A DNA stretch of 63,660 bases, filler included, from Myxococcota bacterium (lineage in GTDB: Bacteria > Myxococcota > Myxococcia > Myxococcales > Myxococcaceae): assembly GCA_049322255.1 (NCBI GenBank). It is 3 parts of 3 records of this genome, joined end to end, with 100 filler letters (N's around TTAATTAATTAA, not from the genome) between each part and the next. Parts side by side here need not be neighbours in the genome. Positions count along the whole stretch, not along the records: positions 43,907 to 63,660 come from JBMORE010000078.1; 2 more parts are not named here. One strand, given 5' to 3'. Numbering within the stretch: position 1 is the stretch's first letter; the number at the start of each line of letters is the position of its first letter. Position numbers and translations under genes: made by a program. A model generated the notes under the pieces. The model was not told the origin of the DNA. It did no database searches and worked only from the letters and a program-made list of their open reading frames with translations. Of the stretch, positions 50,314-57,600 are shown piece by piece.

Positions 50314-50742
50314 TCAGTGCACGACGATGACCGGACGATCGGCGTGATGCACCACCCGATCGCTCACCGAGCCCAACAGCCACCGTCCTCCCGGGCCGAG
50401 CCCGCGGGCGCCGACGACAATGGTGTCCGCCGCCAACTCCCGGGCCTGCTCGAGAAGCGTGGCCGCCGGAGCACCGACCACCACCCGCTTTTCCAACTGC
50501 GCGCGTGGCAAGTCCTTCGCCACCTCGTCGAGCAACTGCGTCACCCGCTGCATTTCTTCGGGCGGCGGCGGGTGGGCGGCGATCGCCACCGAGTCGAGCG
50601 GGCCGATGGGGAAGACACGCGGCGGATCGAGCACGAACAAGAGCGTGACCCGTGCACCGATCTGCTGCGCCAAGTCGTGCGCATACAGCGCCGCTTTCCG
50701 AGCGCTCTGCGAACCGTCGATACCCACGAGGAGATGACGCAC
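50314..50742 (-). CDS. Universal stress protein
   Basis: LLVGIDGS, IVVGARGLG, LLGSVSDRVVHHADRPVIVV. Confidence 0.93.
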   Translation of the reverse strand: MRHLLVGIDGSQSARKAALYAHDLAQQIGARVTLLFVLDPPRVFPIGPLDSVAIAAHPPPPEEMQRVTQLLDEVAKDLPRAQLEKRVVVGAPAATLLEQARELAADTIVVGARGLGPGGRWLLGSVSDRVVHHADRPVIVVH

Positions 50743-50794
50743 CACGAGCACAAGCTGGTCACGCCGGGAGAAGGTGGCAATGGCTGGCGCCGTG

Positions 50795-51202
50795 CTACCA
50801 GACGACTTCGACACCGCCCCAGTCGGAGATGGCGGAGTCAGCGGTCAGGAGCGGCAGGCCGAGCGCAAGAGCGGTCGCGACGATGAGCCGATCGTAGAGA
50901 TCGCGGTGGTGCCAACCGAGCGCCGAGGCCGCGAAGACGTCTTCCGCAGAGATGTCCTGAAAATGCAGGCGCGGGTTGCGGAGCCTCCGCCACCAGCGTT
51001 CGAGGGATGTTTCGACCCGGATGACTCCACCCTGCGCCAGAAGCCAGGTCTCGAGCACGACCGGCATGGGGACGTAGAGGTCCAACCGGCCAGACTCATA
51101 AGCCTCGAATGCTGCGCGTGCGCGTTTGCTCAGCTTGCGAAGTCGCGCGGCTGCAAACCACACCAACGGGTGCGTATCCGTCACCAGAGCGGGGGGAGTC
51201 AA
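50795..51202 (-). CDS. vapC: PIN-domain toxin (VapC)
   Basis: VTDTHPLVW, VVLE, HRDLYDRLIVATA, LLTAD. Confidence 0.92.
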   Translation of the reverse strand: MTPPALVTDTHPLVWFAAARLRKLSKRARAAFEAYESGRLDLYVPMPVVLETWLLAQGGVIRVETSLERWWRRLRNPRLHFQDISAEDVFAASALGWHHRDLYDRLIVATALALGLPLLTADSAISDWGGVEVVW

Positions 51203-51207
51203 TGGGC

Positions 51208-51531
51208 TTACCCAACCACATCCTCAAGAAGCGCTTTCTCTGCTTCTCGCTTGGCCCTCTGGAGGGCCTCGTCGATATCGCCCAACAACTTCAACGTGCC
51301 TCGGATGCGGGGAGGGCGAGCGCTCCGCCGAGAGGACGGTTCCTGGAGCTTGAGCTCGGCCAGATGCTCAGCGGAGAGGAGATAAGCCCGAACCTTTCCG
51401 TGGACGGAGATGGGAACCTCCACACGCGGGGCCCTGGCGAGCTGCTGTACCAGAGGCGAAAACCGTTGCCGCGCCGTACTCAGCGACAAAGGCTCCAGGC
51501 CCAGCATCGATCGTTTCTTTCTCGCGCCCAT
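51208..51531 (-). CDS. Phd/YefM-like antitoxin
   Basis: LSTARQRFSPLV...ISVHGKVRAYLLS; directly upstream of the PIN toxin. Confidence 0.8.
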   Translation of the reverse strand: MGARKKRSMLGLEPLSLSTARQRFSPLVQQLARAPRVEVPISVHGKVRAYLLSAEHLAELKLQEPSSRRSARPPRIRGTLKLLGDIDEALQRAKREAEKALLEDVVG

Positions 51532-51551
51532 ATGCACAGATTATGTGTACA
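51532..51551. promoter_or_regulatory. Putative TA autoregulatory operator
   Basis: TGCACAGATTATGTGTACA imperfect palindrome abutting the antitoxin start codon. Confidence 0.5.
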
Positions 51552-51587
51552 AAATTTTAGGCGCAAGGCCGTAAGTCTCGGGGCTCC

Positions 51588-52547
51588 CTACTCGCTTTCG
51601 TACTCGTCGAGACCGGTTCGTGTGGTGTCAGCTCGCCAGAGCACCGGGGGCCCCATCGCCTTGTGCCGGGCAGCGTAGATGAGGTCGACCACCCGGAGGA
51701 ACGCGCGTTGCGGCACGTTTGCCCGCCTAAGCGCCGCGGCGAACTGGTCGATCTCGCGCGGTACCACTCCTCCTTCGAAGAGCGCGCAAGCTTCCAGAAC
51801 CACCTCCAGCGAGCGCTCGATGTCCTCGTAGGTCACTCCCAGCTCGACCTCGGCGGTGCGCCCGGGCAAAAGCCCCGCATCAGCGGGTTTTTTCGCCAGC
51901 CTGCGCCCCAGCTTCTCGTCCACCGGCCGCAACGCGAGCTCGAGCAGCCGGCGAACCTCGCTCTTGTGCAGGCTGGCCAGCGGGGCCAGGTCGCTGCTCG
52001 AGCCCTTGGTGTAGTAGCCGACGAAGCCCTCATCGAGATCGCCGGTGCCCACGAAGAGCGCGCGCTGCGCGGCCGCCTCGTGGAAAAGGGTCATCGTGCG
52101 CAGACGGGTCTTCAAGTTTCCCAGCGCCGTGGAGCCTGCCGGAGCCTTCGAGAGCAGCGGAGTCATCGCGGCAAGCGCGGGTTCCAAGTCGATGCGAACC
52201 GTTTTGATTCCCAGCACCGACAGAAGCGCGCGCGCGTCGGCCTCGTCGCGGGCGTTCGACTGACAGGGCAAAAGGTAGCCCGTCACCCCGCCGGGCACCG
52301 CGCGGGCCAGCACGCAGGCGGTCAGCGAGCTGTCCACCCCGCCACTCGCGCCGAAGACGACTCGCTTGACCCCGGCGAAGCGCACGCGCTCTTTGGTCCA
52401 CTCGACGAGCAGCTCGAGCGCCTCCGGGCAGTCGTAGCGGCGCAGCTCCCGAAAGGCAGACGCCAGCCCACGCACCCGCGCCAGGTTGCGCGAGCGCTGG
52501 CGTGCGAGTTTCTTGAGGCGAAGCCCGAGCCGGTGGGCTGGGTCCAA
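51588..52547 (-). CDS. Divergent NAD+ synthase (NadE)-like N-type ATP pyrophosphatase
   Basis: SGGVDSS PP-loop, GNLKTRLR, GTGD..E, GYYTK, ELGVTY, HK; TKYGD and TDE motifs altered; TTG start 3 nt after the peptide stop. Confidence 0.85.
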   Translation of the reverse strand: MDPAHRLGLRLKKLARQRSRNLARVRGLASAFRELRRYDCPEALELLVEWTKERVRFAGVKRVVFGASGGVDSSLTACVLARAVPGGVTGYLLPCQSNARDEADARALLSVLGIKTVRIDLEPALAAMTPLLSKAPAGSTALGNLKTRLRTMTLFHEAAAQRALFVGTGDLDEGFVGYYTKGSSSDLAPLASLHKSEVRRLLELALRPVDEKLGRRLAKKPADAGLLPGRTAEVELGVTYEDIERSLEVVLEACALFEGGVVPREIDQFAAALRRANVPQRAFLRVVDLIYAARHKAMGPPVLWRADTTRTGLDEYESE

Positions 52548-52550
52548 GCG

Positions 52551-52775
52551 CTACTTCTTGCCTCCACCCCTGCGCAGGACCGAGGCCGGGTAGAAGGGGC
52601 TGCCGACGGGAGAGCGACCACCGCTCTTGCCTCCACCGACGCTCAAGGACGAACCGCTCTTTCCGCCTCCACGGCGCGCCGTCTTGGAGCGCGGCTTGGC
52701 GGCCCGGCCGCTGCTCTTGCCGCCGCCGGTGCGAAGGGTGGTGCGCGGTGAAGACCTTCTGGTGATTTTGGACAT
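52551..52775 (-). CDS. 74-aa basic peptide with four GGGK repeats (candidate precursor/substrate)
   Basis: AGGAGGGG RBS; GGGK at aa 17-20, 36-39, 47-50, 70-73 with synonymous codon variation; no Asp/Glu. Confidence 0.8.
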   Translation of the reverse strand: MSKITRRSSPRTTLRTGGGKSSGRAAKPRSKTARRGGGKSGSSLSVGGGKSGGRSPVGSPFYPASVLRRGGGKK

Positions 52776-52825
52776 GACCCCTCCTGAGGAATCGACAACG
52801 AGGTCGCGCAGTACCCTAGCAGACT

Positions 52826-54241
52826 TCAGAACTGGAAGTAGATGTAGGGCTGCACCTCGAAGGAAGCGACCTGGCGGATGAGCAGCCCCAGCGCCACCAG
52901 GGCGGCGGCGCGGATGGGCACCGGCATACGCACGAACAGCTCGGCCACGCGCAAGAAACCCTTCTTAGGAACGGCATGCGCCACCGCCGCCAGCGCCAGC
53001 ATCACCCACACCAGCAAGGAGACGTTGGCGAGGCCGCCGCTGAAGACCAACAGCTGCCGGAACATCGCCAGCGCGTGGTCGAGGTCTGGCGCGCGGAAGA
53101 AAATTCGAGTGAGCACGACCAGGACGAACGTCGAGCCGACGCCCCACGCCGCGCCGAGCGCCGAGTACGCCTTGGGCTTGCCGCGCCACCACCACCAGCA
53201 GCGAAGGGCGACCAGGAAAACTCCGTGAATGCCGCCCCACAGGGCGAACCGCCAGTCGGCTCCGTGCCACAGCCCGCCCAGCACCATCACCACCATCAGG
53301 TTGCGCAAGATCTTCGGACGCGAGACCCGGTTGCCGCCCAACGGAATGTAGAGGTAGTCGCGCAGCCAGGTGGAGAGGCTGATGTGCCAGCGGTTCCAAA
53401 ACTCGAAGAGGTTTTTGGCGTGGTAGGGCTTGTCGAAGTTCTCGGGGAGGTGAAAACCGAAGAGGGCCGCCGCGCCGATGGCGATGTCGGAGTACGCCGA
53501 GAAGTCGAAGTAGATCTGCAGCGTGTACGCCACGGTGGCCACCGCGCACTCCGCCGAGCTGTACAGCCCAGGGTCGCGAAACACCGGGTCCACCAGACCG
53601 ACCGCCAGCACGTCGGCCAAGAGGAGCTTTTTCACCAGACCGGTCGCGATGCGAAACAAGCCCTGGGCGCCCTCGTCGGCAGACAAGGCAGGGGTTTTAT
53701 CGAACCGCTCGAGCAGGTCGGAGGCGCGCACGATGGGCCCCGCGACGACCTGAGGAAAAAAGAGCAGGAAAACGATTTGCTCGAGCAGCCCGTGCCGCCC
53801 CGACAACTCACGGCGGTACACGTCGACGATGTAGCTGATCGCCTGGAAGGCCACGAACGACAGGCCCACGGGAAGAATGAGCCCCACCCGATCGGCCCGG
53901 GCGGAGAAGCCGAAGGCTTGCGAGAACCAGCCGAAGGTGGAGAGGAAGAGGTCTAAGTACTTGAAGGTGAACAGCACCATCAGGTGGTTGGTGATCACCA
54001 CCACCAAGATCGCCGAGCGTTCGGTGCGGCCCTCCACCCTCTCGAGCAGCCGCGCGCCCGCCCAGTTCACCACCGCGTACCAGAAGAAAATGACCAGCGG
54101 CATCGGGTCCCACGCCGCGTAGAAGAGCAAGCTGGTGAGCAGCAAGACGAGCATCCGCGCCCACCGGTGGCGGTGCACCGCCCAGTAGAGAGCGAAGGAC
54201 GCCGCGAAAAACCCCAGGAACTGGACGCTGTGGAAGAGCAC
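52826..54241 (-). CDS. MBOAT O-acyltransferase (AlgI/PatA-like)
   Basis: LPVGLSF, FFPQVVAGPIVR, QIYFDFSAYSDIAIG, FWNRWHISLS, GLWHGA. Confidence 0.95.
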   Translation of the reverse strand: MLFHSVQFLGFFAASFALYWAVHRHRWARMLVLLLTSLLFYAAWDPMPLVIFFWYAVVNWAGARLLERVEGRTERSAILVVVITNHLMVLFTFKYLDLFLSTFGWFSQAFGFSARADRVGLILPVGLSFVAFQAISYIVDVYRRELSGRHGLLEQIVFLLFFPQVVAGPIVRASDLLERFDKTPALSADEGAQGLFRIATGLVKKLLLADVLAVGLVDPVFRDPGLYSSAECAVATVAYTLQIYFDFSAYSDIAIGAAALFGFHLPENFDKPYHAKNLFEFWNRWHISLSTWLRDYLYIPLGGNRVSRPKILRNLMVVMVLGGLWHGADWRFALWGGIHGVFLVALRCWWWWRGKPKAYSALGAAWGVGSTFVLVVLTRIFFRAPDLDHALAMFRQLLVFSGGLANVSLLVWVMLALAAVAHAVPKKGFLRVAELFVRMPVPIRAAALVALGLLIRQVASFEVQPYIYFQF

Positions 54242-56944
54242 CTAGGGTGCCTCCGCCGAGGCCGAGGCGCGCTCGTACGCCGCGAGGAAATCGTCGAGGA
54301 AGGCGTTGGCCAGCACCTGATAGCCGCGGGCGGTGAGGTGCACACGGTCGGGGTGCGCCAGCGGCGGTTTCTGCTCCACCCAGCGGGAGATCGCCCCGGG
54401 CCCGCCCATCGCCGCCCGAGTGGACCAGAAGGCGCAACCGTGTGAGCGCGCCACGTCGCGCAGCGCGGGAATCACCACGGCCTGCGAGGGCGCTTGCACC
54501 CAGCGATCGGCGCGTTGCTCCATGCGGTCGGTCGGTCCCAAAAGCAGACACTCGGCTTGTGGCGCCGCCGCCTTCAAGGTGCGGAACAGATCGTCGTAGC
54601 GCCGCCTCATCGCCGCCACGTCCACCCGGGGCAGCGCGCTCTCGTTGGTACCGAAGAAGAGCACGTAGAGATCCGGCCTGCGGGCCACCAGCTGCACCTG
54701 TAGCGCGCTCTGCTCGTAGGTGGCGAGGGTGAACACCGTCGCTCCCGGCAGGCCCAAGGCGTCGTACGCGATGCCCGGGCGGTCGAGCTCCACCGAAGCC
54801 CCGAAGACCTTCACCGTGCCTCCCCCCGCGTTCCTCATCCGCACCACGTGCGATGGCCCTTGGGCCTCGAAGCTCAACACCCGCGCGGCCCGCTCCGTAG
54901 GGGGCTTGCTTTTCGACGGCACCCGCACCGCGCGCCAGTCGTCGATGAACACCTCGAGCTGACCCATGGCCGGCTCCTCCAACAGGTGCACGTCCACTCG
55001 GGCGCGCACGTCGCTTCGCGGGCAGCCCTCGCAAAAAGCGATTTCCAGCCAGGCACCGGCCTCACCCTCGGCGCGAATGCCGGTGAGCCCCCAGATCTGC
55101 CCCGGCAGCCCAGACACCGCGTCGGGGACGTTCCAGTTGCCCTGCAGCTCCCGCCGCACCGAAGGCAACAGCCGCTTCGAGGGTCTGCCGGCGGCGACGT
55201 AGCCTCGGCCGCGATCTCCGAACCGATCGGCCAGACGTTTGCGCACCACGTCGGTGAACAGGTGCGAGGCGGTGTGAGAGGCTCCGAGCTGAAGAATCGA
55301 CAGCCTCCCCTCTTTCTCCGTCTCGAGGCGACGCAAGACCGAGAAGACTCGCGTCAGCGATGCAGAAGCCAGCTCCAGCCCCGTTCCGTCGGCAGGCCCG
55401 GTGCCCGCCGAAGCCAGCCGTGTGCGCTCCAGCGCCAGATCGAACAGGTGGCCGAGGAGATCACCGCCGCGGCCCAGCGGGTGCACCAGGTCGGCGTTCA
55501 TCAACCCGGCGGCCAGCCAGCGCGAGACCGCCCCCGGCCCGCCCATCGCTTCGAAGGCGTTCCAGAAGGCGCACCCCTTGTCGAGCGCCACTTGGCGCAG
55601 CACGCGCAACACCTCCTCGGTGCCGCCACGCGAGGACACCTGGCCACCCATGGTGCGCACGCCCGCATCCAGGGGGCTGATGAGCAGGCACGATGCCTTG
55701 GGGGCCGCACCGTGCACTCGCGCCAGAAGCTCCTCGAAGCTCGCGCGCACCTCCTCGAGAGTGATGTGACCCTTGGACAACGCCAAGGCCTCGTTGCCGC
55801 CCAACTGAAGCACCACCAGAGAAGGCTCGCGCCTGGCGAGCTGTGCTTGGAAGACCTCGGGGGTGGCGCGCAAGAGCACCTGCGCGGTCGCTCCCGGCAA
55901 GCCGATCGAGTCGTAAGTCACCCCGCGCTCGGCGCGCTCGAGAGCCACCCCGTACAGCCGCACCGAGCTTCCCCGCGCGGTGATCGACAGCTTCCGCGCT
56001 CCCTCGGGCAAGCTGACGCGCTGAAAGCCGGCCGTCTCCATTCCCAGGTCGGTGGGGAGGGTGGCGAGCATCGTCCCGTCGACCACAAGCTCGACGTCGC
56101 CCCCTTTGGGCTGGCCGCCGAAGAAGACGTCGGCGGCGGCGGCGCGCCCCACATCGAACTGGGCGGACTCGGGCTTGTCCTGGGCGGTGAAGGCAACGCC
56201 CGAAAAGCCCAACGGCTTGGCAGGCGCTTCGCTGTCGGTGAGCTTGTCGATGACCCACCCCGGGGTGGCTTGGCCGGTGCGCACCGCACGCCCCGAGAAC
56301 CGCGTCGGCCGATCGACGAACAAAAAACCCGCACCGCCCGCGCCGTGCCTGGCTTGCAACCGCTGGCGAATGACGTCGGTGATGTGGTCGGAGGCGATGA
56401 GCGAATCGCCCAGGTGCACGATGCGTAAGGGAGGACCCTCGCCACCGGCGCGGGCGGTCTTGAGCGCGGCGAAGAAGGCGTCGAGAGCCCTTCCTGCGCA
56501 GAGCCCTTCGGCGGTGACGGAGCGACACCCTTCTTCGATCTCCACATGGCGAGCGCCAAGTCTGCGGGCCAAGCCCTCCAGCTCCCAGGCAGTCCTCGCA
56601 GCGGCCGGCTGGAGCGTGGCCAACGTCTCGGCGGGTTCCATCATCTGTGCGGGCGGGCGCACCAACCCCTTCTCGAGCAGCACCGACGTCAGCACCGGGG
56701 AAGGTTCCGTCGTGGAGGCCGTCGCCAGCTCGACCGGTGCAGGCAGCACCGGCCCTTTCGATGCCAGCGCTGGCAAGGGCGCGCCGCGCGGCCACAGAAT
56801 GGCTCGCAACGTCCCCAGGGGATCGGCGCGGGCCGATTCGAAGGGGCGCAACCATGCGGGCAGCGGGAGCCCCGACAGCCCGAGCGACAGCCCTACCACC
56901 ATGGCAATCGTCAGGCCGGTCGAATGTCGATGGAGCGGCGACAC
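54242..56944 (-). CDS. Tandem SGNH/GDSL acetyltransferase/esterase (PatB-like, two domains)
   Basis: Domain 1 GDSL, GGNE, DLVH; domain 2 GASH, GTNE, DRVH; N-terminal TM anchor. Confidence 0.88.
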   Translation of the reverse strand: MSPLHRHSTGLTIAMVVGLSLGLSGLPLPAWLRPFESARADPLGTLRAILWPRGAPLPALASKGPVLPAPVELATASTTEPSPVLTSVLLEKGLVRPPAQMMEPAETLATLQPAAARTAWELEGLARRLGARHVEIEEGCRSVTAEGLCAGRALDAFFAALKTARAGGEGPPLRIVHLGDSLIASDHITDVIRQRLQARHGAGGAGFLFVDRPTRFSGRAVRTGQATPGWVIDKLTDSEAPAKPLGFSGVAFTAQDKPESAQFDVGRAAAADVFFGGQPKGGDVELVVDGTMLATLPTDLGMETAGFQRVSLPEGARKLSITARGSSVRLYGVALERAERGVTYDSIGLPGATAQVLLRATPEVFQAQLARREPSLVVLQLGGNEALALSKGHITLEEVRASFEELLARVHGAAPKASCLLISPLDAGVRTMGGQVSSRGGTEEVLRVLRQVALDKGCAFWNAFEAMGGPGAVSRWLAAGLMNADLVHPLGRGGDLLGHLFDLALERTRLASAGTGPADGTGLELASASLTRVFSVLRRLETEKEGRLSILQLGASHTASHLFTDVVRKRLADRFGDRGRGYVAAGRPSKRLLPSVRRELQGNWNVPDAVSGLPGQIWGLTGIRAEGEAGAWLEIAFCEGCPRSDVRARVDVHLLEEPAMGQLEVFIDDWRAVRVPSKSKPPTERAARVLSFEAQGPSHVVRMRNAGGGTVKVFGASVELDRPGIAYDALGLPGATVFTLATYEQSALQVQLVARRPDLYVLFFGTNESALPRVDVAAMRRRYDDLFRTLKAAAPQAECLLLGPTDRMEQRADRWVQAPSQAVVIPALRDVARSHGCAFWSTRAAMGGPGAISRWVEQKPPLAHPDRVHLTARGYQVLANAFLDDFLAAYERASASAEAP

Positions 56945-57041
56945 GGCGGCCCGATCCGAGCACGACCGGGGTGGAGAGGGAAGCTTGTCACCCCTTTTCG
57001 GCGCTCGACAGCGAGCCCCCCGTCGTGCTCAATCCGCCCTC

Positions 57042-57584
57042 ATGGGTGAGGCGCAAACACGGTTCGTGTGGTTGGACATGGAGATGACCGGGCTCGACGT
57101 GGATACCTGCGTGCCGATCGAGGTGGGGGTAATCGTCACCGGGCCCGACTTGAAGCCGCTCGCCGAGCTGCATCGGGTCATCTGGCAGCCCGAGGAGCTG
57201 CTTTCGCGCATGGAGCCCTTCGTGCGCGAGATGCACACCAAGAACGGCCTTTTGGAGAAGGTGCGCGCCTCGACCACGTCGCTGGCCACCGCCGAGCGCG
57301 AGGTGCTCGAGCTTTTGACCCAGCACTGCAAGCTGCGCGAGGGAATCTTGGCGGGCAACTCGATTCACTCCGACCGCAAGTTCATCGAGCGGTACATGCC
57401 GGTGCTCGACGGCTACCTGCACTACCGGATGCTGGACGTCTCCTCGCTCAAGGTTCTCACCCGCGCCTGGTACCCGGGCGGGCCCCGCTACTCCAAGGAC
57501 GACAAGGAGCACACGGCGATCGCCGACCTGAAAGAGAGCCTGTCAGAGCTGGCGTTCTACCGACGCACCTTCTTCAAGTCGTGA
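57042..57584 (+). CDS. orn: Oligoribonuclease
   Basis: VWLDMEMTGLD, MHTKNGL, AGNSIHSDRKF, HYRMLDVSSLK, HTA. Confidence 0.96.
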   Translation: MGEAQTRFVWLDMEMTGLDVDTCVPIEVGVIVTGPDLKPLAELHRVIWQPEELLSRMEPFVREMHTKNGLLEKVRASTTSLATAEREVLELLTQHCKLREGILAGNSIHSDRKFIERYMPVLDGYLHYRMLDVSSLKVLTRAWYPGGPRYSKDDKEHTAIADLKESLSELAFYRRTFFKS

Positions 57585-57600
57585 GCCAAAAGGGCAACCG

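Noticed and set aside
52551..52775. GGGKS as a Walker A motif or CRISPR-like DNA repeat
   Set aside because: No preceding beta-strand or fold context; DNA repeats are short, codon-variable and irregularly spaced.
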